Below are positions 19,413-29,609 of a stretch of 64,000 nt of DNA, in pieces. Source of the stretch: Candidatus Poribacteria bacterium. Lineage in GTDB: Bacteria > Poribacteria > WGA-4E > GCA-2687025. The stretch lies in the NCBI GenBank assembly GCA_963665845.2, contig OY762492.1, forward strand, positions 1,632,001 through 1,696,000. The letters run 5' to 3'. Numbering within the stretch: position 1 is the first letter of the stretch; each line of letters begins with the position of its first letter. A program made the translations under genes and the position numbers. The notes beneath the pieces are model-generated. The model made no database searches, had not been told where the DNA came from, and worked only from the letters and a program-made list of their open reading frames with translations.

Positions 19413-22079
19413 ATGATGACCGCCAACGAAACGCGCGACAGCTTTCTACAATTCTTTAACGAGCGCGGGCATGAGATCGTCCCAAGCGCGCCGCTGATAC
19501 CGCGCAGCGATCCAACGCTGCTGTTCACCAACGCCGGCATGAACCAGTTCAAAGATGTGTTCTTAGGGTCAGGCTCCCGTCCATATGCGCGGGCGGCGGA
19601 CACCCAAAAATGCATCCGCGTCCACGGCAAACACAACGACCTGGACGAGGTCGGCTATTCGCCCAGCCACCATACCCTGTTTGAAATGCTTGGAAACTGG
19701 TCGTTCGGCGACTATTTCAAAAAAGAAGCGATCCTATGGGCATGGGAGCTGCTGACGGAGGTATGGGGGCTGCCGAAGGAGAGGCTTTATGCGACCGTCT
19801 TTGCAGGCGACGAGCAGGACGGCGTCCCCCCCGACAACGAAGCGGCTGACCTATGGACCGCCGTCACCGACATCAGCGAAAACCGCATCGTCCATTTAGG
19901 CAAAAAAGACAACTTCTGGGAAATGGGCGACACCGGCCCCTGCGGCCCGTGTTCAGAGATACTGATCGATCTGAACCCTGAACCTGTCGACCCGAAGCAG
20001 TTTGACCCGGACGGAGACGGGATCGTCGAGATCTGGAATCTCGTCTTTATTCAGTTCAACCGGAAGGCGGACGGATCGCTGGAGCCGCTTCCCGCGCAGC
20101 ATGTGGACACCGGCATGGGCTTTGAGCGTCTCTGCGCCATCTTGCAGAAGAAACCGTCCAACTATGAAACCGACCTGTTCGCCCCGTTGATTGAACGGGT
20201 CGGCGAGCTGTCTGGACATGCCTACGATCCCGGCGGGGACGGCGCGCCGATGCGCGTCATCGCCGACCATGCGCGCATGCTCACCTTTGCTATCGCGGAC
20301 GGCGCCCTTCCAAGCGCCGACGGGCGCGGATATGTGCTGCGCCGAGTGCTGCGGCGCGCCGCGCGTTACGGGCGCTCGCTTGGCATGGAGGAGCCGTTTA
20401 TCTGCCGCTTGACGCCTGTCTTGGCGGAAACGATGGGCGGCAAGTTTCCAGAGATCGCCGAGCGGCAAACCCACATTGAACGGGTGATTCGAGCGGAGGA
20501 GGAGTCGTTCGGACGAACGCTTGACAGGGGCATTGAGCGGTTTGAAGAAGCGGCGCTGAAAAGCGAAGCGGACGGCGCCAAAACGCTCTCCGGCGACGAC
20601 GCTTTTAAACTGTACGACACCTACGGATTTCCGCTGGACCTGACGCAGCTGATGGCGGCGGAGCGCGGCATGTCGGTCGATACGGACGCCTTCAACGAGC
20701 GCATGTCTGAACAGCGGGCGAGGGCTAGGGCGTCTCAAAAATTCACGGTCGATCCGAACGCGGCGGCGGTCTGGCAGACCGTCTCGGAGGGGGAGGACTC
20801 TCTCTTTGTCGGGTATGAGTCGCTGGAGGCGGAGGCGCGCATTCGCCGCATTCGCCTCATGGAAAGCGCCGAGAGCGCGTCCGAGGAGGGCGGTCAAATC
20901 GTTCAGCTGACGCTGGATAAGACGCCGTTTTACGCCGAAGCGGGGGGGCAGGTCGGCGACCGCGGCGTTCTGAATGTGGACGGAGAGGCGGTCAAGGTTC
21001 TCGACACGCAGCGCGGCGAGGACGGCTCCATCGCGCATACGGTTGACCGGCTGCCGGCGAATCCCGACGGCGCCGTTCTGGCGCATGTGGACGTCGACTG
21101 GCGCCGCTCCGTTTCAAGGGCGCATTCGGCGACGCATCTGCTGCATGCGGGTTTGAGGAAGGTTTTGGGGGATCATGTGTCGCAGGCGGGGTCGCTTGTC
21201 GCGCCGGACCGCGTTCGTTTTGACGTCGCGCATTATGAGGCGGTCAGCGCGGACGCGCTGCGCGAAGTGGAGGCGTTTGTCAATGAGCATGCGCTTCAAA
21301 ACTACCCTGTTGAGACCGTACTCATGAACTTGGACGCGGCGCGGGAGGCGGGCGCGCTGGCGCTCTTCGGCGAAAAATATGACGAAATAGCGCGGACGGT
21401 GCGCATGGGAGAGGTCAGCTTTGAGCTGTGCGGCGGCTGCCACGTCGCGGCGGCGGCGGAGATCGGCCTCTTTAAAATACAGCGCGAACAGAGCGTCGCG
21501 GCGGGCGTCCGGCGAGTCGAAGCCTCCACCGGCGAAACGGCGTACCGCCAGGCAGTCGAAGCGGAGGCGCTGCTGAACGCGGCGGCTGACGCTGTCGGCG
21601 CGCGGCAGCGTTCGGAAATCGCCCCGCGCATCGAAAAAGCGGTCGAGAAGGCGGAACGGCTGGAGCGGGAGCTGGCGGAAATGCGCCGTCAATCCGCCCT
21701 CGGCAACGTGGATGAGATCGCGTCGGCGGCGCAGGATGTCGGCGGCGTGAAGGTCGCGTCGGGAGTCGCCCCTGTGGAGGATCGGGACGCCTTGCGGCAG
21801 CTGATGGAAGCGGCGCTGAAGCGCCTGGGCGGCAGAAGCGTCGTCGTCCTCGGCGCCGAGGCGGACGGGAAACCGATCTTCGTTGCGGGCGCGTCCAAAG
21901 CGGCTGTGGAGCAGGACGGCATACACGCGGGAATGCTCATCAAAGAGGTGGCGGCGATCGCAAGCGGAGGCGGCGGCGGACGGCCCGACATGGCGCAAGC
22001 GGGCGGACGCGATCTTTCAAAACTGAAAGAGGCGGTCGAACACGCGCGCGAAGCGGCGGCGCGGCAGCTTTCCAAATGA
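19413..22079 (+). CDS. alaS: Alanine--tRNA ligase
   Basis: FTNAGMNQFK, EMLGNWSFGDYFK, DTGMGFER, HSATHLLH, ELCGGCH, GGGGRPDMAQAGG. Confidence 0.98.
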   Translation: MMTANETRDSFLQFFNERGHEIVPSAPLIPRSDPTLLFTNAGMNQFKDVFLGSGSRPYARAADTQKCIRVHGKHNDLDEVGYSPSHHTLFEMLGNWSFGDYFKKEAILWAWELLTEVWGLPKERLYATVFAGDEQDGVPPDNEAADLWTAVTDISENRIVHLGKKDNFWEMGDTGPCGPCSEILIDLNPEPVDPKQFDPDGDGIVEIWNLVFIQFNRKADGSLEPLPAQHVDTGMGFERLCAILQKKPSNYETDLFAPLIERVGELSGHAYDPGGDGAPMRVIADHARMLTFAIADGALPSADGRGYVLRRVLRRAARYGRSLGMEEPFICRLTPVLAETMGGKFPEIAERQTHIERVIRAEEESFGRTLDRGIERFEEAALKSEADGAKTLSGDDAFKLYDTYGFPLDLTQLMAAERGMSVDTDAFNERMSEQRARARASQKFTVDPNAAAVWQTVSEGEDSLFVGYESLEAEARIRRIRLMESAESASEEGGQIVQLTLDKTPFYAEAGGQVGDRGVLNVDGEAVKVLDTQRGEDGSIAHTVDRLPANPDGAVLAHVDVDWRRSVSRAHSATHLLHAGLRKVLGDHVSQAGSLVAPDRVRFDVAHYEAVSADALREVEAFVNEHALQNYPVETVLMNLDAAREAGALALFGEKYDEIARTVRMGEVSFELCGGCHVAAAAEIGLFKIQREQSVAAGVRRVEASTGETAYRQAVEAEALLNAAADAVGARQRSEIAPRIEKAVEKAERLERELAEMRRQSALGNVDEIASAAQDVGGVKVASGVAPVEDRDALRQLMEAALKRLGGRSVVVLGAEADGKPIFVAGASKAAVEQDGIHAGMLIKEVAAIASGGGGGRPDMAQAGGRDLSKLKEAVEHAREAAARQLSK

Positions 22080-22150
22080 ACGCCGACGGAGCGCAACGGA
22101 CATCAGAACGGGCATCATAACGGACGTCATAACGCACAGGGAGCGGGCGA

Positions 22151-23491
22151 ATGCGTTTTAACATACCTCGCTTGGTGATTGAGGTGTTTCAGTACTCATG
22201 GTACAGGGGGCTGCGCGGCGTCGTCATTGAAGACATACCGGACACGCGCGCCATCGGATTCAACGACAACATCTCCTCCGTCCGAATCTACAAAGGCCCT
22301 GGCTACGCCCCCGGCGCCAGCCAGAAAGCGCTCTTTTTTGAAGACCGCGATTTCAAGGGGCGCCGACTCGCCTTAGGTCCGGGCTACTACCAGTCGCTGC
22401 ATCAGTTCTCGTACAACTTCGGAAATGTGATCTCCTCCATCGCGGTGCGCTCCGAAAGCCGCTCAGACGGACCCGTATGGGGCGGCGCGCCGGCGGTGAT
22501 TGAGCTGTATTCGGAGCTGAACTTTACCGGGCGAAAGACGGTCGTCGTGCGCGATGAACCGCAGATGACGGCGCGGTTCGCCAACGAAGTTCGCTCCATG
22601 CGCATCCTGAAAGGTCCGGACTGCCCCGCCGTCGGCTGCCGCATCCAGCTGTTTCCCGCCGTCGATTTTGAGGGCGAACCGGTCTCGGTGGCGTTGACGC
22701 AGCGCGATTCGGTCTATGAGATACCGGACATGCGCGCCCTTCCGCAAAGCGCCGTACCATCGGTCGGCTCCATGAAAATCGAGGGCTGGACAAGCTCGAC
22801 AGAGTTCACAAGCGTCGTGTTTCAGGACGAATTTGACGGAACGCGCCTGCATGAAAACTGGGAATGGGTTGACCCGCGCGAAGACGGCGAATGGAAAGAA
22901 CGGCAAGGATTTCTCATCCTGGGCGCGAAGGCGGGTCAAGACCTGCGGCGCGGCGAAAACTTTGACGCCCCGCGGCTGATTCAGCCCGTCGCCGGCGACT
23001 TTTCAATTGAAACGCGCATTCAGGTCACCCGCGACAGCCGACCGCATGGGGGGTTGCTTGTCTGGTACGACGAAGGCAACTTTCTAACGCTTGAGCGGAC
23101 GGCGGACGACCATGACTTCAAAGGCGATGTGCGTTTTGAGCAGCATTCGTTTCGCGGCGCCGGACTCATCGGGCGCAGCCAGGGGCTTCGCGGCGCCAGC
23201 CATCTGTATCTGCGCTTGGAGCGCTCCGGCAACGAGTTCACCGCGTCCGCCAGCTCCAACGGGGTCGACTGGATCAGCTGCGGCTCTCGGTTCATGAGCA
23301 TGCCTGAAACGGTCTTTGTCGGCTTGCATGCGCTGTGTCCGGGCAACACGGCTCCCACCATCACGCGCTTCGATTTTTTCAAGATACTGGCGCGCCCTGA
23401 AGACCGAACCATCGAAAATCCGCGCATACCAACCTCGCGCGATTCGCGGCGAATGCGCCGGCGGTTCACCGCTCTGCGCCGCCTTTCATAA
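22151..23491 (+). CDS. Beta/gamma-crystallin-domain plus DUF1349 (ConA-like) protein
   Basis: Crystallin-type motifs FNDNISSVRI, FGNVISSI, FANEVRSMRI. C-terminal NFDAPRL, LRLERSGNEFTASASSNGVDW, VGL. Confidence 0.7.
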   Translation: MRFNIPRLVIEVFQYSWYRGLRGVVIEDIPDTRAIGFNDNISSVRIYKGPGYAPGASQKALFFEDRDFKGRRLALGPGYYQSLHQFSYNFGNVISSIAVRSESRSDGPVWGGAPAVIELYSELNFTGRKTVVVRDEPQMTARFANEVRSMRILKGPDCPAVGCRIQLFPAVDFEGEPVSVALTQRDSVYEIPDMRALPQSAVPSVGSMKIEGWTSSTEFTSVVFQDEFDGTRLHENWEWVDPREDGEWKERQGFLILGAKAGQDLRRGENFDAPRLIQPVAGDFSIETRIQVTRDSRPHGGLLVWYDEGNFLTLERTADDHDFKGDVRFEQHSFRGAGLIGRSQGLRGASHLYLRLERSGNEFTASASSNGVDWISCGSRFMSMPETVFVGLHALCPGNTAPTITRFDFFKILARPEDRTIENPRIPTSRDSRRMRRRFTALRRLS

Positions 23492-23492
23492 C

Positions 23493-24224
23493 CTAACGGT
23501 ATAAACCCCGCCGGCGGATATAGTCCGCTACCATCGGCGTCAGCTCCGCCATCGCCTCGCGCCCGCCCGCATTCAGCCTCGCGGATGTGGAGGACATATC
23601 GGCGTAGTTCTGCGGCAGAAGCATCGTCTGTACGCCGCCGCGAAAGCGCCGGTTCTCCGGGCGGTTGAGCAGCGTTTCCACCGCCTCCACTCCATCGCCC
23701 TGCCGGTTCGCGCATAGAAACGACGCCGCGCTAAAAAGAGCGTCCAGCTCGGCGTCTCGCTTCTCGTAATATTTCTCGTCAAACACGCGGATAAAAGTGT
23801 CGTATCCGACGATGAAGACGATTTCCGAGGCGGGGTAGAGGTCGCGTATGGCGGCGGTTTTGTCGATGAAACGCCCATGCGAGCCGACGCCTATAGACAT
23901 CCATTCCCGCCCCTGCGCGATCAGGTCCAGCATCATGAGACGTTCGTGAAGAGGCGCATGCTCCGTTTTTTTGTCGACGTTCGCCTTTGCCAGCTCCATG
24001 AGGATCTCGCCGCACCCGCCCTGCGTATGCGCAATTTCAGCCATTTTCAAATGCGCCCTGGTGGGCGGGTTGAACGACGCCGCCAAGGCTCCAATCCGCT
24101 TCGGCGGCTCCTTACGGACGCGGCGCGCTAACGCGATGCGCGGCGGCCCCGTCAAATCGACCGCGTGGACGATGTCCGCGAACTCCGCTCTCCGCTTCTG
24201 TTCAGATAATCGGAAGATCGTCAT
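23493..24224 (-). CDS. Nucleotidyltransferase (NadD/NMNAT-like)
   Basis: ASFNPPTRAH; NVDK; FIVGYDT; MSSTSAR. Confidence 0.8.
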   Translation of the reverse strand: MTIFRLSEQKRRAEFADIVHAVDLTGPPRIALARRVRKEPPKRIGALAASFNPPTRAHLKMAEIAHTQGGCGEILMELAKANVDKKTEHAPLHERLMMLDLIAQGREWMSIGVGSHGRFIDKTAAIRDLYPASEIVFIVGYDTFIRVFDEKYYEKRDAELDALFSAASFLCANRQGDGVEAVETLLNRPENRRFRGGVQTMLLPQNYADMSSTSARLNAGGREAMAELTPMVADYIRRRGLYR

Positions 24225-25371
24225 CGATGCGCGACTGCTTCATTTGGCGGATGCGCCGCGTCAGCAGTATCCGCCGCAGCCTGTTCGCCACGATCTGCTC
24301 TTCGCCGATGCGCAGCGTCTGCGGGTTCACATAGACGCCGTTGCCCGGTCCCGCCGCGAGCATGATCGGCGGCGACTCCCCGCGCAGCTCCGCCAAGACC
24401 TCCCGATTCGAAAGACCCAGCGACGCCTGATCAATGCGGATGAGCGCGCGCGGCATCGGCTGACCCGCCTCGGACGGAAAATCGCGCGACGCCTCCACGC
24501 CCTCCACATCCTGAAACGCCTCCACGATCTGCTTCACCATATCCTCGTAATGCCGCTCAAGCAGATCGTGATCGGTCAAGATATACTCGCGCACCGCCGC
24601 CCAGATGCCCGCCAGCTCCTCTTTGCCGACCTTCAGCGTCCGACCGATGCGCGGGTTGGGGTTTGAGTGAAAAGCGCACGCCTGCATGAGTTCAGGTTTG
24701 CCGAGAAGAACGCCGGTCGATTGCGGTCCGCGCAGCCCTTTTCCGCCGCTGAAGATGGCGGCGTCCGCGCCGTAATCGACGGTGAACCGCCACAGGTTCG
24801 CGTACGGCGGAAGCTGCGCCGCGGCGTCCACAATGACCCGTACGCCCGCTTCGTTCGCCGCTTCAATCGCTTCCTTTGCCGACACCGCGCCAGGCGGTCC
24901 CTCTCCTTTCGGCGCGAGGAACAGAGCCGACGTCTTCCGCGTGAAAGCGTTTTGAAGGTCGCGCAGCTCCGCCTTTTCGGGCGTTCCAACATAGACGATG
25001 CTTCCGCCGGCGCGCCGCAATAGATGATCATGCTCCGTGATCGCCGGTCTTTGAACGATGAACTCGTTTTTCATGCCGGACGAATCCGGCAGCCGAGACG
25101 CTTTTTCTGGATCGTCGCCCGCCATGCATGCGGCGGCGGCGAGATAGATGCCCGCGGCGGCGCCGGTCGTCACAAAGGCGGCTTCGTTGCCGGTCATCTT
25201 CGCAATCTGCTCCCCGACGCGCGTCTGCATCTCCTGCAGATCCACATAGGAGCGCGCCGCCTCCATCATCGCGCGGATTACGGACATCGGCATGAGCGAG
25301 CCGCCGAGCGTTGTGAGCGTCGCGTCTCCGTTGATGATCGTTTTCAGTTTAAGGTCGTCGTAAATGCCCAT
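24202..25371 (-). CDS. SelA-like (DgaE-family) PLP-dependent enzyme
   Basis: IINGDATLTTLGGS, VDAAAQ, FSGGKGLRGPQSTG, KVGKEE. Confidence 0.85.
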   Translation of the reverse strand: MGIYDDLKLKTIINGDATLTTLGGSLMPMSVIRAMMEAARSYVDLQEMQTRVGEQIAKMTGNEAAFVTTGAAAGIYLAAAACMAGDDPEKASRLPDSSGMKNEFIVQRPAITEHDHLLRRAGGSIVYVGTPEKAELRDLQNAFTRKTSALFLAPKGEGPPGAVSAKEAIEAANEAGVRVIVDAAAQLPPYANLWRFTVDYGADAAIFSGGKGLRGPQSTGVLLGKPELMQACAFHSNPNPRIGRTLKVGKEELAGIWAAVREYILTDHDLLERHYEDMVKQIVEAFQDVEGVEASRDFPSEAGQPMPRALIRIDQASLGLSNREVLAELRGESPPIMLAAGPGNGVYVNPQTLRIGEEQIVANRLRRILLTRRIRQMKQSRIDDDLPII

Positions 25372-25863
25372 CTATTTTCCGCTCTGAAAGCCGTAGATTT
25401 CGATTTCCGCGGCGATCGGTTTGCCGGGTATAAACTTTCCTGCGCTGAGCCGATCGTCGGCGGTGTTGCTGATACGGAGCCGTATGCGGTCGGCGCTGGA
25501 CGATTTGAATGTCCACTCGATGACGCCGCTGCGGTTCTCATCGACCCTGCCGACCATTTTCCAGTCGCCCTCCCCGCGTCCGCCGATATACAGAACGGCG
25601 TCTTTGTAGTTGGAGCCGAGAACGCGCACTTTATGAATGAAGCGCGGCGAGGGGAGCCGTATCTGTATTTCGCGGGAGGTTTCGCCTTCCGTTTTCAGGT
25701 CGCCGTCGATCAGCGCCGGCGCGGGTTGAACCATCTCTTTCCAATGCCATTCGGCGGCGGTTCCCTTTTCAAGCGCGTAGTTCGCGCTCAACGGCGAGGG
25801 CGCCAACAGGGCGCACCCGTTCAGCAGGCAGGCAAGAACGATGGTCAACACAAGAGCGCGCAT
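25372..25863 (-). CDS. Hypothetical lipoprotein (possible beta-sandwich)
   Basis: LLNGC lipobox; LIDGDLKT; C-terminal EIEIYG. Confidence 0.65.
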   Translation of the reverse strand: MRALVLTIVLACLLNGCALLAPSPLSANYALEKGTAAEWHWKEMVQPAPALIDGDLKTEGETSREIQIRLPSPRFIHKVRVLGSNYKDAVLYIGGRGEGDWKMVGRVDENRSGVIEWTFKSSSADRIRLRISNTADDRLSAGKFIPGKPIAAEIEIYGFQSGK

Positions 25864-25924
25864 GGCTTCTCGTCCGCGCTGAAAAGACGCAAGCGGAGGG
25901 CGTTGTGTAAGGCGGAAAGATGGA

Positions 25925-26006
25925 TGCCCCCGGTTGGATTCGAACCAACACGCTCAAAGAGCACAGGCCCTCAACCTGCCGCGTATGCCAATTCCGCCAC
26001 GGGGGC
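25925..26006 (-). tRNA. tRNA-Leu(GAG)
   Basis: GCCCCCGTGGCGGAATTGGCATACGCGGCAGGTT-GAG-GGCCTGTGCTCTTTGAGCGTGTTGGTTCGAATCCAACCGGGGGCA: cloverleaf with long variable arm. Confidence 0.95.
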
Positions 26007-26210
26007 AGCCGTTACAAGCGGTAATTATCATACGGCATGGCGGCGGGGGAGTCAAGAAAAGATGTTTGCCGGCAGTACCTACAGGCGACGGCATTCATTT
26101 TGCGCGACGGCCGATCCATGCCGTCATTCCCGCGTAAGCGGGAATCTTAAGGCATCGCAGCCGCCGCGCCCGCCCTTTAAACCCCCCTAACCGCCTTTTC
26201 AAGGGGGAAT

Positions 26211-26379
26211 CTGACCTAACGCCTAAAGTTGGGACATTTGAACCGACGATCGCTTTATTCATGGGGAAAAAGGCGCCGCCAACCAGACCGTCATTCCCGC
26301 GTAAGCGGGAATCTAGAGGCGTCGCAGAAGACGTCCGCGTTCGCATGCCGACATGTCCCAACTTAAGACGTAAGGTCAG
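26211..26379. mobile_element. MITE inserted in a REP-A flank with 6-bp target duplication GGGAAT
   Basis: TIRs CTGACCTAACGCCTAAAGTTGGGACAT / ATGTCCCAACTTAAGACGTAAGGTCAG. GGGAAT at 26205-26210 and 26380-26385. Confidence 0.8.
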
Positions 26380-26406
26380 GGGAATCGAATGCGGCGGCGC
26401 GCGTTC

Positions 26407-27354
26407 TTAAGGTTTCAATTCTGCCGCGTTCAAATACACCTCGGATGGATCGACTTTGCAATGCTGGAGCAGCGATGCAGCGTGAGATATTTTATGGATG
26501 GACTCCCCATGCATTGAAACATAAATTCCGTCCGCAATCTGCACTGGATGCGCCATCGGTTTTCCGCCATGCGCAATCGGCTCTGAATTAGCAACGTAGG
26601 TTTTTCTAGACTTTGCCATCGCCGGCATCTGATCGCGCGTCAACCTGCCCTTTGAATGGAGCCACTTGGCGCTTTCTACATGAATATCGTACCAGTTTTT
26701 AATTGGAGCCTCGCTTCCGTCAGGAAATCTGATCGTCGAAGGCATGTTTTTCCTTCCTCCCGGCGCGCGGTACTTCGACAGCGGAACCCATTTGCCGTTG
26801 AGAGGCGGTTCGGGTTCTTCCGGCGGGCTGGTCTCCTCCTCGTCAACGATGATCGGCGTCTGCGCCTTCTTCACTTTGCCGGACGCCAAATTCAGCCGCC
26901 AAAGCGCCAGCAGCTCCAACGCGCATTCATACGGCGGGTCGTCAACGATGGAGATGTAGATGCGGCGGCGCTCTTTGAGCGGCGCCTGTTCAAAGACGCT
27001 GTAAAGTTCCCATCGGTTTCCGTCTGTCAGCCCGGCATACCCAACGCCTTCGCGGTTGGCGTAGTTGAGCGTCTGTATCTGGTGGTCGTCCAGCGATTCG
27101 CCCAGCTTCTTCGCTTCAAGGACGGCGGCGGGCTTGCCGTCCGGTTTCATCAACGCATAATCGGCGCGCTGCTTTCCGACATTGTACTCTAGCTTCACGA
27201 GCGCCGGATCCGAGACGTCCCAGCCCAGCGCATGAAGCAGCGGGTTGATGAGGGCGGCGCGCGTCCGCGTTTCGTTTTCGCTCAATTCCTGTCTATGACG
27301 CTCAATGCGCTTTTTCAGCGTCTCGATCGTTTCGGCGAGGGCGTCTAAGTTCAT
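26407..27354 (-). CDS. HsdR_N-like PD-(D/E)xK nuclease plus variable C-terminal domain, paralog 4
   Basis: ENETRTR..LINP, EY..RADYAL, EAKK, QTLNYA, LTDGNRW; Pro-rich linker. Confidence 0.8.
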   Translation of the reverse strand: MNLDALAETIETLKKRIERHRQELSENETRTRAALINPLLHALGWDVSDPALVKLEYNVGKQRADYALMKPDGKPAAVLEAKKLGESLDDHQIQTLNYANREGVGYAGLTDGNRWELYSVFEQAPLKERRRIYISIVDDPPYECALELLALWRLNLASGKVKKAQTPIIVDEEETSPPEEPEPPLNGKWVPLSKYRAPGGRKNMPSTIRFPDGSEAPIKNWYDIHVESAKWLHSKGRLTRDQMPAMAKSRKTYVANSEPIAHGGKPMAHPVQIADGIYVSMHGESIHKISHAASLLQHCKVDPSEVYLNAAELKP

Positions 27355-27357
27355 GCG

Positions 27358-28338
27358 TCATTTCCCCTTGTCAACGTCTGCCGTTTTCAAAAACACCTCG
27401 GACGGTTTGACCTTACAATGCTCCAGCAAGGTCTTTGCGTTTCTGAATATATGGGCGGTTATTAAGTCTTTTTCGAAATAATATCTGCCGTTGTTGATGG
27501 TCCCTGGTCGTGCCATTTCCCGCCCAGTTCCATGAACGTTTGATGCGCTGACGATATATTTCATACTGCGCGGGCTAACACATACGGGTAATTTGTCGGC
27601 AGTCAGAATGTTTTCTTCGCAAAGCCATTCAGCTGTCGTCATGAGTATAGCGATCCAGCTTGTAATGCTGCGTTCGCTTCCATCGGGTAAACGTATCGCG
27701 GATGGTGATGGAGCTCCTGTTTTCGGGAGATATTCCGACAGCCGAACCCAGTTGCCGTCAGAGGGCGGCTCTGGAGTTGGCGTCGGGATCGGGTGGGGTT
27801 TCGGCTCTGGCGCTATCGGTCCGGACTTGAAAACCGTATCTGCCGCCTTCACTGGTTGATCCGACGCCAAATTCGGCCGCCACAGCGTCAACAGCTTCAG
27901 CGCGCACTCATGCGTCGGCATTTTGGCAATTTCCACGTTCAATCTACATTTCTCTTCGAACGACCCTCGTTCAAAGACGCTGTACAGCTCCCACTTGTTG
28001 CCGTCAGACAAGCAAGCGTATCCGATGTCGGCTCGAATCGCGTAGTTCAACATCTGCGCCAGATGTTTATCGTCAAACGGCGCGCCGAGTTTTTTGGCTT
28101 CGATGACAGCGGACGATTTGCCGTCGGGTTTCATCAACGCATAGTCGGCGCGCTCATTTCCAATGCTGTACTCTAGACGAACGATCGTTGGGTCTTCGAC
28201 CTCCCATCCGAGCGCGCGCAAAAGCGGGTTGATGAGAGAGGAGCGCGTCCGCGTTTCGTTTTCGCTCAGTTCCTGTCGATGCCGCTCAATGCGCTTTTTC
28301 AGCGTCTCGATCGTTTCGGCGAGGGCGTCTAAGTTCAT
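27358..28338 (-). CDS. HsdR_N-like nuclease plus variable C-terminal domain, paralog 3
   Basis: Same motifs (RADYAL, EAKK, QMLNYA, SDGNKW). Confidence 0.8.
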   Translation of the reverse strand: MNLDALAETIETLKKRIERHRQELSENETRTRSSLINPLLRALGWEVEDPTIVRLEYSIGNERADYALMKPDGKSSAVIEAKKLGAPFDDKHLAQMLNYAIRADIGYACLSDGNKWELYSVFERGSFEEKCRLNVEIAKMPTHECALKLLTLWRPNLASDQPVKAADTVFKSGPIAPEPKPHPIPTPTPEPPSDGNWVRLSEYLPKTGAPSPSAIRLPDGSERSITSWIAILMTTAEWLCEENILTADKLPVCVSPRSMKYIVSASNVHGTGREMARPGTINNGRYYFEKDLITAHIFRNAKTLLEHCKVKPSEVFLKTADVDKGK

Positions 28339-29378
28339 GCGTCATCCTCCTCATCAACGGTGGCAAATTTCAAATAAACCTGGGACGGATCCTGGACGCA
28401 ATGCTTCAGCAATGTCCTTGTGCTTTCGCACAAATCGATGGGTCCTAGGTTTTTATCAACATAATATCTGCCGTTGTTGATGGTCCCTGGTCGTCGCATT
28501 TCCCTCCCATTTCCATGAGCGTTTGATTCGCTGACGATATATTTCATACTGCGCGGGCTAACGCGTACGGGTAATTTGTCGGTTGTCAAATGGTTTTTTT
28601 CGCAAAGCCACTCGGCTGTCTTAATGAGTACAGCGGTCCAGCTTGCAATAATGTGTTCGTTTTCACCGGGCAAACATATCGCGGCGGGTTGCGGCGCTTT
28701 TTTCTTCTGCGGATGACACTCCGACAGCCGAATCCAGTTGCCGCCAGGGGGCGGTTCTGGACTTGGCGTCGGGGACGGATTAGGTTCCGGTTCTGGCGTT
28801 ATCGGTTCGGGATTTTCCGGCGAGTTGGTATCCTTCTCCTCCATTTCCTCCTCATGGACGACGATGACCGGCTTCTTGGCATTCTTCACTTTGCCGGACG
28901 CCAAATTCAACCGCCAGAGCGATAGTAGCTCCAGCGCGCACTCATGCGGCTCATCCTTCAGAATCGAAGCGGCGGCGATGCGTTTCTCATGGATTGGTTT
29001 GGGGATATGCACTTCGTAAAGCTGCCACAGGTCGCCGTTGACGATGCCGGCATATTCGATCCCATGCTTTATTGCATAGCCGATCATCTGATCGAGATGG
29101 CCGTCCAGCGGTTCGTCCAGCTTTTTCGCTTCGATGACAGCGGTGGGCTTCTCCTCGGCATTGGCGCCATGGAGCGCATAGTCGGCGCGCAGATTGCCGA
29201 CATTGTATTCCAGCGTGACGAGCGCAGGGTCGGCGGGATCCCAGCCGAGCGCTTTGAGGATCGGATTGATGAGCGCCCCGCGCGTTCGCGTTTCGTTTTC
29301 GCTCAATGTTTGCCGATGTTGCTCGATTCGTTTCTTGACCGTTTCAATCGCTTCGATGAGAGGGTCTAGCATTGGCAT
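28335..29378 (-). CDS. HsdR_N-like nuclease plus variable C-terminal domain, paralog 2
   Basis: Starts MPMLDPLIEAI at 29378; the upstream part of ORF 28335..29609 is a remnant, a REP and a promoter. Confidence 0.8.
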   Translation of the reverse strand: MPMLDPLIEAIETVKKRIEQHRQTLSENETRTRGALINPILKALGWDPADPALVTLEYNVGNLRADYALHGANAEEKPTAVIEAKKLDEPLDGHLDQMIGYAIKHGIEYAGIVNGDLWQLYEVHIPKPIHEKRIAAASILKDEPHECALELLSLWRLNLASGKVKNAKKPVIVVHEEEMEEKDTNSPENPEPITPEPEPNPSPTPSPEPPPGGNWIRLSECHPQKKKAPQPAAICLPGENEHIIASWTAVLIKTAEWLCEKNHLTTDKLPVRVSPRSMKYIVSESNAHGNGREMRRPGTINNGRYYVDKNLGPIDLCESTRTLLKHCVQDPSQVYLKFATVDEEDDA

Positions 29379-29517
29379 CGCTTTCTTTGAAAATGCATGG
29401 CGATTTTGTATGATAGCGCTGTTTTTTGGCGAATGCAAACGCCGTCGAATCCAGCTTGACACATGGGCGCGGCTAAAACCCCCTAGCCCCCTTTTCAAGG
29501 GGGAATCGGACGCGGCG

Positions 29518-29609
29518 GCGCGCGTTTCGTTTTCGCTCAATTCTTGTCGATGGCGCTCAATGCGCTTTTTCAGCGTCTCAATCGTCTCGGCGAGGGCGTC
29601 TAAGATCAT
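29518..29609 (-). pseudogene. Truncated 5' end of another nuclease paralog, cut off by a REP-A
   Basis: MILDALAETIETLKKRIERHRQELSENETR runs directly into GCCGCGTCCGATTCCCCCTTGAAAAGGGG. Confidence 0.75.

Noticed and set aside
24202-26006. Selenocysteine locus (selA plus selC)
   Set aside because: The tRNA has a GAG anticodon (Leu), and the protein is the shorter SelA-like family with no selB or selD nearby.
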